Below are positions 26,382-39,322 of a DNA stretch of 64,000 bases, piece after piece. The notes under the pieces were generated by a model. That model saw nothing but the letters and a program-made list of their open reading frames with translations, ran no database searches and was not told the origin of the DNA. The stretch comes from Bilabrum cf. latius (lineage: Eukaryota), in contig OZ237738.1 of assembly GCA_965178125.1 (NCBI GenBank), positions 1,054,001-1,118,000 of the forward strand. The letters are read 5' to 3'. Each line of letters begins with the position of its first letter. Position 1 is the stretch's first letter. Both the position numbers and the translations under genes were made by a program.

Positions 26382-27557
26382 ATGGCAGCCACATCCGCAG
26401 CAACAACTTCAAGTTCTAGTAGTTCCATACCATATCTTCGAGCTATGGGCCACGCGAACTTCACGCCAAAGGTGATTGTTTCTACCAAAGAGTTTTACGA
26501 TATCGACCCCCCTTCGGCAAGCTCAGCTAGTGAAGAAGCCACCATCACGTCTTCCACTGATACTAAGCCATCATGTGATTCACTCGCATTCAATGCGGAT
26601 GGCTCAATGCTTGCTGTTGGGCTCCAAGCGGGCGCATTGGCTGCGATTGATGCCTCTACGGGGAAAGTGAAAACAGTTGTTCGAAACGATGAAGTCGGGG
26701 TTTCTAGCGTGTCATTTGCGCACCACGCATCGCAAGTCCTGTACGGGGGTCGCAGTGACAACGCCTCGCCGAGCAAGCGCGGCTTGGTGTTGCTTCATAG
26801 CTTGTATGACAACATGGTAATCCGTATTTTCCACGGCCACAAGGCCAGCGTTGGCAGCATAGCAGTTCACACGACAATGGATAGGATATTCACGGCATCT
26901 GATGATGGCAGTTTCCGCGTGTGGGACCCCAGGAGCGCAGCCTGCGCAGCGGAGTGCGCTGTTGGCAGCCCGTGCCGACTGGACGTGGACCGAGATTCAG
27001 GGATGGTGCTCGCCGTCGCCTCCGACCAGGGCATGCTGGCGCTGTACGATTCAAGGTAGTTCTCCAAGCCGTTTAAGAACTGCCCAATACCCTGGAGCGG
27101 GGCCCCGCACGCGTCGGGTGAGCCCGTAGGCCTTCACACGTGCGTGTTCAGCGGGGACGGGAAGCGCATCGCGGTGAGCAGCGCTAGGCGGGGGGTCGTG
27201 CAGCTAGATTCGGTGCATCTCAAGGCAGAGGGGGGCTTTCCCGTTGTCCCCATCGTGGGGTCTCCCTTCAGCGCCGTGGATTTTAGCTCCGATTCCAGCG
27301 CCCTGCTCATTGCGACCGACAGGGGCGAAGTGCTCGCTCAATCCGCGTGGCAGCCTCCCCATCCTGGGGAACACAGCTCTGCGCTGGTAGGCAGTGGTGC
27401 CCCCACCCCGGCGGGGTACAAGCCGCCTGTGCCGCCCAACACCGCCTACAGACACTCCGCCCCAGTGCTGGCGGTGCGCGCACACCCGACTGCAGACGCC
27501 TTCGCCACCGCGGCAGAGGACGGCGTGGCGCTGTGGTCGCCCCCCTCGCCTGAGTGA
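26382..27557 (+). CDS. WDR82: WD40 protein WDR82/Swd2 (COMPASS/CPF subunit)
   Basis: LHSLYDNMVIRIFHGHKASVGSI, FTASDDGSFRVWDPR, LALYDSR(Q)FSKPF, FSGDGKRIAVSS. TAG 27057-27059; TGA 27555-27557. Confidence 0.8.
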
Positions 27558-27623
27558 CCGGCCGCATGCGATACCAAATCACTGTTGTCGTGTGCTGATG
27601 GTGACAGGGTAGAAGGGTACCTG

Positions 27624-27807
27624 TTTTGTGGATGAAAGGTGGAAGGCTATTTGATCGTTTTTTGTGGATGAAAGGTGGAAGGCTATTTGATCGTTTTTTG
27701 TGGATGAAAGGTGGAAGGCTATTTGATCGTTTTTTGTGGATGAAAGGTGGAAGGCTATTTGATCGTTTTTTGTGGATGAAAGGTGGAAGGCTATTTGATT
27801 GTTTTTT
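27624..27807. repeat. Tandem minisatellite, 5 x 36 bp (GTGGATGAAAGGTGGAAGGCTATTTGATCGTTTTTT)
   Basis: Units start at 27628, 27664, 27700, 27736 and 27772; the last copy has one C>T; no spacers. Lies between two convergent 3' ends. Confidence 0.97.
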
Positions 27808-27846
27808 ACCACAGGAACGACAGTAAATATGGCGAGCACATACAAG

Positions 27847-29188
27847 TCATTTCTTCTTCTTCCCTTTGCCCTTCTTTTTCTTCTTCTCCCCCGCTGCCTT
27901 GATCTCCGCGATTCTCTTGAGCTCCGCTGCCTCCCTCCTCGCCCTCGCGGCCTCCTCTTCTCTGACCCTCTCCTCCTTGCTCTCCTTCCTCTGCCTCTCC
28001 CTCTCTTCCCTCTAAGCCGCCAGCCACCGCGCCTTGGCCTTCTCCTCCTCTAGTTCCTTCGCCGCCTTGGCTGCCTCCTCTGCACGTCTCCTCTCCAGAC
28101 CCCTCACCTGCCTTGCCTCTGCCTGGGCCTCGCGCACTGCCTGCATGTTGCGCTTCAGCGCCAGCCGGATGGACCGCGCGTGCACCAGCAGCACGCCGTC
28201 CGATCCATCCAGCTCCACCTGCAGCAACGACGCATTGGTGTCCAGCGCGGCAGCGAGGGCCGCCCCCCCATCCGCCCCCACCTTGCAGCGCGCCAGGCTC
28301 AGCACCGCCAGCGAGCTGTTCACTCTGAGGGCATCCTCCAGCTCCTCGATCCCCCGGAAATCCGTGCCTCCTGCCGTCAGGGGGTTCCCAGCCAGGGTCA
28401 GGCTGCGGATGGAATTGTTCTCTCGTAGGCCCCTTGCGATGCTTACGAGAGAGGCCGGGCCAAGGCGGTTGTCCGTCAGATCCAGGGCAAGCACGCCGTC
28501 GTTGTGGGCAAGCATCGCTCCAATTCGCTTGCCAACATCGTCTCCCAGTCCGCATCGGCAGAGATCCAATGATTTCACGCTTCGGTTGGTTGCTAGGTAC
28601 TTGCAATAGACTCGAACGCTGGTCGGAGACGCCAGGCGCAGCTGCACATCCCTCGGAGTCCGCTCGGCTCGGGTGAGCGCGAGCCAGAACTGCAGGTCTG
28701 GGTCATCTCGCACTGCTTCTCTATCTTCCGTTCGTCGCCGCTCCGCAAGAAGCTGCTATCTTCGCTTTTCCTCGGCCCGTTTCTACGCAGCTCTGGCTAG
28801 CTTCGCCTGCCTCTCCCGGTCAGCGCTTCCTTGCTTCCACTCCTTATCAAATATGGCTTGCAGGGTCTTGATGTCATCCGGCACGATGCCAGAGGACGAT
28901 ACTCCACGGATGCTCAGCTGTGGTGTTGGAGAGAGGCCGATATCTTGACTAGTACCAAACAGCAATGGTGCTCAAAGAGTTCAATGCAATCATTGGCAAC
29001 TATTTAGATACATTCTAGACACATTGCAAGCCTGCATTTGGCCCGTGCGAGCTGAAGCGGTGGTCCAAACGGCTACGGCAGGACGGCTAAATGTGCAAAA
29101 TGCCGCATTGAGCACACGAGCACACTAATCTCACCTCCCTCCGAATGGAATCTTTGTCTAATGACTGCGCCTACTTTGGTCCGTCCAT
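27847..29188 (-). CDS. RNI-like leucine-rich repeat protein with SAP-like N-terminus and charged coiled-coil tail
   Basis: Exon 1 29188-29135; intron 28918-29134 joins IRRE|LSIRGVSSSG. LRRs: SVKSLDLCRCGLGDD, LALDLTDNRLG, IRSLTLAGNPL. TAG at ~29173, 28783, ~28756 and 28012; TGA 27847-27849 after KKKKKKGKGKKKK. Confidence 0.78.
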
Positions 29189-29319
29189 GATGCAGCCTAG
29201 GTCTGGACAGCAACGGCTTCAGCTGCCGACAAGTCGACGCGCGTGATCCGGGTCCATCCAACGGAACCATGGAGCGACGAATCCGGCAGTTTGCCCGCAG
29301 CACCCCAGGTTAAGGGGCA

Positions 29320-31732
29320 ATGGCATCCCTCGATGGCTTTTTGAATGATATAGATGAGCTTGCAGAGGGCGGTGACATGTACGAAGATGGTCCTGGGGGT
29401 CAGTACGAAGAGCGCAAAGTGCAGGACATGACGCCAAAGATGCAGCTGGAGCAGGAGCTTAAGCTGCTCCACTGGCACAAACTAGCGAATGAGGCGAGCC
29501 TTAAGGCTGCCATCATCAGGTCCAAGCGTGTGCGCGGGAAAGATAGGGACCGCGGCGAACTTATGACGCAAAGGCAGCGGGAGAAGGCCGTGTGGCTACG
29601 GCAGATTATCCAGGATGAGTATAGCAAGCCGCTAGAAGTAGACGAAACGTTCATGAAAGAGTATAAAGAAAAGGTGAGGCTCGGGTTCGCTCGAGTCATT
29701 TTCCACCCCACGCTAGCGCTACCTGGTAGGCCCGCCATTCGCGCGAGACGCTGCGACTCGTGTTTGCTGCAATGCATTGACTGGTGTGCCTACTTGTGTC
29801 GAATCGCAGGAAGAAAAAGAGGAATAGAAGCTGGAAGAGGAGGTTGCGCGGCACATTTCGACCCTCCGTGGCCTCAAGAAAAAGCTGCTGGACCAGGACG
29901 AGCGCGTCCAGCGGGATAGGGAATTCCAGATGCGGAAAATGGCTCTCGGCGACGAGCCACAGTCTCTACAGGACTTTGAAAGGCGGGGTACTGCAGCGAC
30001 GATTGGCTCGCCCCCGGGCACCGCCGGCATGGGGCTTGGAATGTCCGGACTGATGTCGACTGGCGGCCGCTCGGGCATGGGCTCCTCTGGCTCGCTGGGG
30101 AACACTGGATCGGGCGTATTCCTCACGTCCATGGGGCCTGGAGGCGGACAGGCGGGGGCCCTGGGCCTCCCGCACCCCGCTGCCCCGGGCACCCCGGGTT
30201 CGGTGGAGAGCTCTAGCATGGGCGGCACCAGGGCCAGGGGCAGCATGATGGGGGGCGGTCTGGGAGCGTCCTCCACAGCGGTGAATGCCCCGGGAACGGC
30301 TGGGCAGTAGCAGCAGGCCTCCACCGGCAGCATGCTGCAGAGCCTCAGCCAGCTGGTCGACTTGGAGCAGCGCATCGCAGCTCTAGAGTCGGGCGGTGGC
30401 GGTGGGGGGCAGGGTGGCACCAGTGGGGGGCGAGGCTCTGTTGCTGGGGCCACGCCTCGCAGCGTGGGCGGCAGCCGCAAAGGCCGGCGCACTGCGATGC
30501 AGTTTGAGCGCAAGACAACGGCCCCGACGGTCGGCAAGCCGTCCCGCAAGGTGTTCAACGTGAAGGTGGTGGATCGCAGCCGAAGCACCAGCCGGGGAAG
30601 GGGCCGGGGCTCCTCGCTGAGCAAGACGGAGTCGAGACAGTAGGCGGCGGCGGCCAGACGGAAAGAGAAGCTCGAGACCCTTCGCAAGAAGCACGCCGCG
30701 CTGCAGTCGCAGAAGGATAGGGCCCGCAGGCAGGACGCAGTCATCGGGGGCTGGCTCAAGGACAGGAGGACCAAGCAGAACCAGAGGAGGGAGAAGGTCA
30801 GGGGCAGGGCGACGCGGCTGGCAGGGAAAGGGTCGGCCGCCCAGAGGGCCGCCGGAGCCTCGTCCTCGAGACGGCCCGTGCAGGGCACCTCGGCTCGAGG
30901 GGGAAGAACCAGCAGCAGGGGCAGCCGGGCCTCGAGGTCCTCAGCGGCCTCCCTCCGCAGGAGACGGACTGAGGCGGCCAGGCTGGGCAGCACGGGTGGG
31001 TCCACCAGGAGAGCTGGCGCGTCGCTGCCGCGAGCCGGTGCCCGCGGCTCAAGGCTCTCAAGGAACAGAGGCGCGGCGGGTGGCAGGAGGACCGTCTCGC
31101 AGACGAGGAGGGCGGCACCCACCGGCGCGGGGGCTCGGAAGGCAGCAGCGGCGCAGCACGGCGCGGCCTTCCACCAGCTGCGGAAGCAGTTCGAAGCCAG
31201 CAAGCAGCCGGCTCGCGGGAGGCGACCAGCTGGCGCCTCCGCAGGCAGCAGGTCTGGCTCGCTGCGGCGGCCGCAGCAGAGGGCAGGGGTGTCTGCCTCC
31301 CGGTCCACGGGCAGGCGCTCGGTGCAGAGGGGGGGACGACCACGTGCCTCGCCTGCGGCCGCCAGGTCCGTACGGAGCGGTGTGTCGATGGGTCGGTCCG
31401 TGGGCCGCTCGACGATGCGGTCGACTGGGCGCAGCTCGGTTGGACGGGCCTCCTCCGTGGGCTCCTACCGGTCGGCTGGCTCGGGGCCTGCTGCTCGCAG
31501 GACCACGGGCAGGGCGGCCGGAGGTGGGGCGAGAGCTGTCCGAGCGGTGCGAGCGGGTCGCTCCTCGAAGCGTGCCCCTGTGGGCCGCGGCAGGGCGGGA
31601 GGCAACGGCACCCGAAGAGCCCCCGATGGGACATGGCGGCGCACTCGGCCTGGGGCTCGGTACGACGGGGCTGACTTGGGTCTGGGGGTGCAGGGCATGG
31701 GCGCACAGGGACGCGGGGTAGGGTACAGATAA
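29320..31732 (+). CDS. Hypothetical coiled-coil / Arg-Ser-Gly-rich protein
   Basis: Exon 1 29320-29673; intron 29674-29809; TAG ~29825, 30308 and 30641; TAA 31730-31732. Confidence 0.68.
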
Positions 31733-31841
31733 TCGATATGGATCGGATCCTAGATCCATAGGATGTTTGGTTCTAGCCTCTAGATTCTAGAAGCTACTTG
31801 TCTACACTAAATCAACTCGAAGACTTTCCGATTCATGGACC

Positions 31842-34800
31842 TCAGTGTTTTCGGCTCAGCTCCTCGAGCACAGCCACAAGCTCGGCACTGGTGGCCGGAC
31901 CGACCGTGACACCGTCAGCATGCAGAGACGTCTGGGGCTGCTCGGAGGCCTCGTTCATGGCCCTAATGACCTTGTCGATCTCGTCCTGGCCAAGCTCCAG
32001 CAGCAGCTCGAGCATGTCGCCGTCCACAAAGCCACGGCTGCCCAGGTCCTGCTGCAAGGGTGCATAGGTCGACTCCTCGTTGTACCACCCTCGCCAGTGG
32101 GCGTGCCCGAACTCGCCCACAAACGAGAGAACTTTCTCTGCCGCTTCTTCCACTCGCTTCAGGTAACGATAGAGCGACGGCGGGATCGTCATGGTCACTC
32201 CCAGCCCGCCGTGCGTGGTGCCAAACAGGAACCGCGGCTGGGCCTGCGCCGCCACCACCCTGGGCTCGAGGGCACCACCGCCCAAGGAGCTGGGTCCCGC
32301 CGAGGCCACTGCCGCAGCCGATGACGCGGAGGATGTGGCTGAAGACGAAGACTTGGACGCCGCCCCTGCACCGGATGCAGGCGCGGCCAGTACCGCGGCA
32401 CTGCCTGGAGCACTGCTGCCGTCGGCCCCGTCGTCCATGCCTCTCACCAGACTGCCGGGGACCATGGTCGTGACCAGGTCGCCCACGTGGAAGTGCCCCG
32501 CGATGTCGAGGCGAGCCTTATCCTCGTGGGAGAGGGCGCCAATGTTCCGCTGCAGCCCGAAGAGGTTGAAACCGCTCTCCGCGCACACGTATGCATCCTT
32601 GGTGATCGCCTTGACTTCTGTGATCCAGCTGCTCGCGGGATCTCTGGCCTCCTCCACCAGCGAGTCCGTGGCGGCGTCGAGGCTCAGCACGTTAACGCTC
32701 TTCATCATGTCACCCACCACCAGCAAGTCGCCGACGGTGTCAAGGAACAGGACCAAAGTGTTCCCCGCGAACACGTACGAGCAGCGCAGGGGAACCGTCC
32801 CTGTCGGCAGACCAATCTTAGCAGATTCAGAAGCAGCTGCTGCAGCCGCACCCGTGCCAACCCGCCTCGTCTTAGCGGCGGGTTCCTCGCTGTCTGACGC
32901 GCCTGCCTTTGACGAAGAGCCCTTGCTGCCCTCGTCCTCCCCGTCCTCCATGGCGGCACTGCCGTCGCTGCCCCTGGCCCCCGGCTCCACGCCGGGGTAA
33001 CCTTCGGGCACGTCAAACAGCTGCACGTAGCAGTTAACACCGGCAGCGATGCGTCCCTAGAACACTGCTAGCGCAAATATGCCGCCCTCTGTGGATTCCT
33101 CAGACAGCACCGAGAGCTCCCTGGGTCCCCTCACCTTGTCCTGCCCAGAGCCCTCGCCCGCTCCCATGGCCACCTGCTCCTCTCCTTCCGCTCCAGCGGC
33201 CTTGGACTCGAATAGAAGCAGCCTGCCCTGGGGCGGCATCACCTCGTTGTTGGCCGTGTAGGACGTGCCCACCACGAGCACCTCCTTCCAGGCGCTCCCC
33301 GAGGCTGCCGATCCAGCGGCCCCGCTGCTGCTGCTGGAGGCAGAAGACGAGCCAGACGACCCCGAACCTCCTGCAGAGCCGCTGGCACCCGTGGTCTGCT
33401 GCTCGGTCAGGGCAGGCAGCACCTTCCCGTCCTGCAGCCGTGCAGCCATGAGCGCAGTGACGGTCTCTCCAGGGTCCAGATCCACCACGTGAAGCGGCTC
33501 CATGGTCTGGTCGTCAAAGGCTCTGATGCGGTGGTACAGCAGCACGTCCGCGGCGGAGTCGTCGCCTGACTTGCCCCCGCTCGCAGATGACGCCATAGAC
33601 CGGGGACGCCTCGTTCCAACGGACGGCCCCGCGGAGCTCGCAACCGCCAGCTCTTCCACCTCCTGCTCGTCGATGCCTACCGCCACGATGCCCGATGCCG
33701 GCATGTGCGTGATGTTATTGGCGATGCCCGGCAGCGGCACGGGAGTGATATGCAGCCTCTGGATGGACTCCACCGTCCCAATGTGCAGGTCCGTCTCGGA
33801 GGCCAGCGCCACACAGTGGGGGAAGCTCTTGGAGTCGAAGGGACACATCTGCGTGAGCGAACCGGAGTTGACCGAGGCGAACTGAAGGCCACCGTGCTGA
33901 GAGTACACCACCGTGGGACGGTCGCACGCAGCAAACACGTGCTCCGAACCGCCGGACTGAAAACGGGCCAGCGCCACGGGCTGGTGGGCCAGCCCCACGC
34001 GCTTGCCGCCTGACAGAGCGCCGGTGCTGCCGTCAAGCTCGAACGAGTGCAGCTTCCCGTCGCCCATGCCCACGAACACCCTGTCCTGGCCGTCGCCCAG
34101 CGTGACCGTCAGCGCAGATCGCGGCTGCACGTCTCCTCCCAGCTCTACCACGCTGGCCTAGCTCAGGTCTGGCACCTTGAGCACTCGGGCCGTCACGTCG
34201 CCCCACAGCCCGATCACGCACAGGCTCGCCCGCAGCTGCACCACGAGCGCACCATCGCCAGCCGCATCCTCGCCCTCCCCATCTTCCATACTGGCGGCGG
34301 CCTGGCCGCCCGCAGCGGCGGACTGAGTTCCCGTGCCGCCGAGCGGATTGATGGACACGCACGCAATCTCGTGCGGCAGGGTGGCTTCGGAGGCCTTGGA
34401 CAGTTTCCCGTCGCTGCCGAGCTGCAGCAGCACCAGCTTGTTCCCTCGGGTCGCCAGGAGCAGCTGCGTTGAGTTGCCTGCCGCCAGCGTGACCTCGCCG
34501 CCCGCGGGAGCCTTCCACTCTGACGCTACCTTCAGCGTGCTGGCGCTGAGCAGGCGCGCCCCGCCTGGCGTGACCTGCGCGAGAAACCCGCTCCTGTCCT
34601 CATCGGCACCACCCTCCTCGTCATCGTCCTCGGCGGGTGCAGGTACCACCAGCCTCTCAGTGCTCACGAGGTCCGCAGGCGCCATCTCTCCAAAGTAGAG
34701 CGTCCTCTGCTTCTGGTCTAGGTCGCCCAGGGGCTTCTCGTCCATCGAGTCGCCCACGAAATCGAAGGTGCGGGTGTGGTCCGAGAAGGATAGCACGAGG

Positions 34801-36405
34801 TACCGGTCATGCCGCGCGCGGAATCCAGGGCGGGCCCGGAACAGCGCCCTGATGCCTGCCAGGGGCACCTCTGCCTGCTGGTCGACCCCGATGCCGTGCC
34901 GAACCACCCGCAGCGAGGAGTCTCCGAACGCGCCCGAGCACGTGACCAGCTGCCCCTCCTGCTCCCCTGGCTGCTTCACGAGGCACATGTCCTGGATGGG
35001 CCCCAAGTTCGGGTAGTTGTCCTCGATCGCGAGCCGGTCCCCCGTCTCCTCGTCCGCCTCCTCCAGCTCCCTGACCATGAGGCTGTCCCCGAAGGTCGAG
35101 CCCAGATAGTAGTACCCGTCGCCAAGGGGTGAGATGCTCGTGGCCACGCAGGCGGTACCGAGGGGATCCAAAGTGAGACCAATCACACTGGCGGCTCCAC
35201 CACCGGCACCCGCGCCCGAGGCAGCCGCCGACGAACCGGTGCCGCCGTCCTCCTCCATGGCTGCAGACCCAGCACCCACAGCCTCCTCCTCGTCCTCGTC
35301 CTCGTCGCCCTCCCTCACAAGCCCAACGGATAGCAGCTTCCCGCGGTCGGTGCTCACCAAGACCCTCCCGGTCGGCTCCACGGCCCACCCAGCCACGACC
35401 AGGTCCTCCTCCAGATCCAGCTTCACGGGGGGGCCCCTCGAGGCAGAGGAGGGGACGTACTGCGCGGCATGCCCGCCAAGGACCACGGTGCCACCCCCTG
35501 TGGCGGCAGGGAGAGGAATCAGGCAGCTCGCTGCCGGGGCCGTGGCGATCAGCTGCCCGCCAGGGGCGGGCACGAACGCAGCGTTGCCCAGGTCGATCTG
35601 GTATGAGACCACCCTTGGGACAGCCTGTGACGGCGGGTGGTGCAGCACGGTGAAGGTCGGTCGGGTGGCTCCGTGAACGGGTGCAATGTCAAGGACCTCG
35701 GTTTCTCTCAGGAGCATGTTGAACTTTCTCGCGGGCTGTCCGCCGCGAGGGGGAATCACCACCTTGGCTAGCCTTGCGTACGCGTGCACCAGCATGTACG
35801 TGAATGGTTCGGGCACAACAACGATCGGGCCGTGCTCGACGGGGCACCCATGGTCATCCTGCGCAAAACTCAATCTAGGCGCATCAGACAGGGCAGGATT
35901 TGGGCCTTTCTAGCTTCATCGGCACACGAGTACAGCGCAAGGGGCATTTGCTCACTCGAAGATTTCCCTGCATCACTGTTTCCAGACGTCCCATCTCTTC
36001 GTTGAACTGGACCACAGCAAACTGCATCCTCTATGTCATAATCAGCATGGAATCCTTCTCTTGCTCCTGCAAACGAGAAATTCGTCAAGAATTGGGGTGG
36101 ATCGTTCGATTCAAAGAAGCAGATCGTTCGGGAAGCAGAATAAGGTGCCCATACTTGCAGAACCGGACCGAGAAACTCACAGGCATTCGAACTATCTTCA
36201 AATAAATAATCCTGCCATTCACTGGCACATCAAAGCACGGAACGAGGCCATCATCAGTAATCGTGTGAGCCTCCAAACGAGAAGACTTGGCCATGACCAA
36301 ATATGCATCTCCATCGTCGCCTGCGAGCCTTCCAACTACTGAACTGGTGACAGAAGTAGGCTTCTATGCAGAGACCACGTACTGCGGGGGCATTGACCCG
36401 CTCAT
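31842..36405 (-). CDS. DDB1: DNA damage-binding protein 1 (CUL4 adaptor)
   Basis: N-terminus QYVVSA(Q)KPTSV versus DDB1 NYVVTAQKPTAV; YLGSTFGDS, NLGPIQDMC, GQLVTCSGAFGDSSLRVVRHGIG, VGDMMKSV, GFVDGDMLE, LEELSRKH. Introns 36067-36180 and 35859-35955; 4 TAG; ends in TGA. Confidence 0.95.
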
Positions 36406-36560
36406 CTTGGCGAAGGTTTGACCTCCACGTCTCGGCTGACGAAAAGACGGCGCCGCGCAGCAGCTAGCGGAACCTGCAAGTCGAGACCGAGCCACTTGGG
36501 GGGGGCAAGCACATGCACCACCCTTCGAAAATGCTACGGCAACGGTATCTGCTCTCTTCA

Positions 36561-38063
36561 TTACATGTACTGCTGCTAGTCCACAAAGCTGGTCTCCCCA
36601 AACATGTCCCCGGCACCGAAACGCCCTGCCGCACTTGAAGCTGCAGACGAAACCGCCCCGCTCCCGCCCCATGCCGCACCCCCCACCCCACCCATGCCAC
36701 CAGAGCCCTTACCCATTGGATTATCATCCCCAGAACGGCCAGCAAGCGCGCCCGCACTACCACCGCCTCGCCCCCAAGGCGTCGCAGCCGCAGCGGCCCC
36801 ACCAACTGCACCCAAGCTGCTGCTGCTGCTGCCAGGCCCCAGCCCTCCCCCTACATCGCCAGGCGCTCCATCGTCTGCCTCGATCCCGTCCTCTCCTGCA
36901 CCGGCCACTTCCACCTCAGACACGCACTGCCACTCGCCCGCCAGCGACTGCCTCCAGAGTCGAGCCACGCCGTCGTCCGCTGACGACACAAGGACCGAAC
37001 CAGTCACTCCCCATCGCACTCGCCACACCTCGGACGCGTGATCTCCGAGCACTGCAGTTGACTGCACCGTCTGCAGCGACTTGACCGTGCTACCAGCCCC
37101 TGCTGAGCTGCCAGTCCCATCGCCAGCTGCTTTGGATTCCCTTGCGTCTCCAGCGCCGGTTGCAACCGCATGCGAGGTTGCAACCGGCACCAGGCCCAGC
37201 TCCCCGTCGAGGCCGTCCCCCTCGAGCAGGTCGGGTCCCTCCTGGTCCGAGGCGGCGAACTGCCACAGCCTGACCGTGCCGTCCCTTGAGCCGCCCGCCA
37301 CCCAGTGCTTGCTGCGGCCCATCTGCGGGGCCCAGCTGACGTCGTTGACGAGGTCCGTGTGGCCCAGGAGGACGAAGGTCTTGTTCCACGTGCTCGTTTC
37401 GTCGTGCCGCACCCATACTGATATCTCTCTGTCGTCTCCCCCGGCCACCAGCATCGGCGGGTCCAGGCGGCTGTCGGACCACGACATGGCCAGCGCCCCC
37501 TGCGGCCCGGTGGCTACCTGGAACTTGGCCTCCAGCACGTAGTCTCCCACGTTCATCAAATCCGCGATGGTGTATATTCTGACGTAACCGTCTTCGCATG
37601 CAATGGCTATTGTGATCACATCCAAGTGCTTAGGGCCGAACTTGACGTCCCGCACGGCATCCTTGCAGTCTCCGATTGCCTAGGAGGGCTGCCATTTTGA
37701 GACTACTTCTTTCCCACCCTCTGTCACATACTCTGTTTCCTACCACAAAATCACTTTCTTGTCCTGCCCACACGAGGCGAAAACCTGCCCAAAAGAAGGG
37801 TCCGCCCAATCCAATCGCCACACGGCCCCTCGGTGCGCATCCTGGAGCTCGCCTTGGCTTGCTTTCCACTCGCCAGTTAGTGGATCCTAGTTAAACACTC
37901 GAATGCTTCCAACAACGTCACACACAGCCAACCGCTTCCCATAATAATCGAACGAGATGTCTGTAATTGCACTGGTCATCTCTGCCTGAAGCCGGGCCAC
38001 ATCCACTGGCCCACCGCTGTGCTCAGGCGGAATAACAGCGGGAACAATTGCGTGTCCATCCAT
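36561..38063 (-). CDS. SEH1: Nucleoporin Seh1 (Sec13/Seh1 WD40 family)
   Basis: DISFDYYGKRLAVC, AHRGAVWRLDWADPSFGQVFASC, VRDVKFGPKHL, VNDVSWAPQMGRS, HASEVWRVRWGVTGSVLVSSADDG. No intron needed with TAG=Q (37889, 37742, 37682, 36578). Ends VDQQQYM-TAA. Confidence 0.88.
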
Positions 38064-38216
38064 GTCCTTGTTGAGGTTATGTGCAAGGGGCAAGCGGGCG
38101 CCCTACCCTGGATTCACTGCTCAAACTGCACGCAACCAGCCTCCACGACAACCAGCATTTTGGAGGCAGCTGCATTGAGCAGGAGATCGAGCTTTGTCGT
38201 TTGTATTTTTTCTTAA

Positions 38217-39224
38217 ATGAGCCGGACTGTGTAGGTCTCCGGCCTGACACGAAACGTGCGAGATGGGCACTTAGAAGAGATTTTCAGGTGCTTCGGCACA
38301 GTGGTAAAGGCCGCTGTTGATGTTGACAAGACAGTTTGTTTATCAACAGGAACCGCGTCGGTCTAGTTTGGGTCCATTGAGGAGGCGGAAAGGGCAGTGG
38401 CCCACATGGATGGCGGCTGGATAGATGGCAAAAAGGTGTCTGTGGATGTTGAGTTGTTGGAGCGAAGGAGAAAGACCTTGAGGTCGAGATCTGCATCCCG
38501 CAGCAGGTCAGGGAGCGAATCAAGTGCAAGCAGCCGACATGATAGGTCTGATGTTGATCTGCGCCACGCCAGACGTGCCCCGGCCTCCTCTCATGTCGCG
38601 GACATGGGTACGGACGAGTTTGGGCGACGCGTCGGATAGAGGGCTGGGAGTGGTGCAGGGGCACTGGGCGGCAGAACTAGTGAACGGCGGGAGCAGGATA
38701 GCAGTGGAAGAGGCGCGAGGCACGATCACCGAGAGGTGCGCTCGAGCGCCCGGGACTGGGAGCGTGGAGCAGGTGCTCGGGCTCGCTCTCCCTCGCCGGG
38801 CGCTGCGACTGGTAGTCGCTCGGGGCGAGCAGGTAGAGAGGAAGGAAGGGACTATCGGCGATCTCGCTCACCCATGGACTGGCGCAGAGAGCCCCGTGCG
38901 GGGCGAAGACACACAGGCCGCGATTGGAGGGAGCCTGGAGAGGGGGCGGCTGCCAGTGCAAGGGCGAGGGCGAGGGCGAGGGGGGCTGGCGATAGCACTG
39001 GGGGGCACCTTGATAGGCGCAGCGGCCCGGGGCGGGACTGGGAGTCTGGGCGGGCTGGGTATAGGCAGCACAATTCTCCGGCCGCCCGGATAGGCGAAAC
39101 GTCGCATTCGTCACATGCTCCTGCTTCCAGCAGCAGCTCTAGTTCCAGCTCAGCGACTCGGAGGGCAGCGGATGAGACGCATGGATACGGCAGCAAACCA
39201 GACACATGGAGTCGAGGTACTTGA
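38217..39224 (+). CDS. RNPS1: RNA-binding protein RNPS1/SR45-like (RRM plus RS/RG-rich tail)
   Basis: MSRTV(Q)VSGLTRNVRDGHLEEIF...ASV(Q)FGSIEEAERAVAHMDGGWIDG matches the RNPS1 RRM (LTRNV..HIxEIF..HMDGGQIDG). TAG at 38232, 38364 and 38637; ends in TGA. Confidence 0.85.
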
Positions 39225-39322
39225 CGCTCATACTAAGCGCTTAGATGTTAGTGCAGTCCATGGCAGGCACTTGAGATCCGAAGGATGAATGCCGGCTGAC
39301 CGCAGCAGCAGCCACACACGGT

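Noticed and set aside
27624-27807. CRISPR array (36-bp repeats)
   Set aside because: The units are directly adjacent with no unique spacers, there are no cas genes, and the context is eukaryotic.
29719-31308. Long antisense and alternative-frame ORFs (e.g. 29719-31308 -, 1511-2851 -, 6438-7751 -, 62329-63507 -)
   Set aside because: Shadow ORFs expected in GC-rich coding DNA; no recognisable motifs, and they overlap better-supported genes.
31737-31760. Hairpin TATGGATC-N8-GATCCATA between convergent genes
   Set aside because: Only an 8-bp stem, seen once, with no support for function.
37680-37755. Intron in SEH1 (and similar tiny introns) removing the TAGs
   Set aside because: Straight translation VILWQETEY..KWQPSQAIGDCKDAVRDVKF matches Seh1 spacing; splicing would delete conserved residues.
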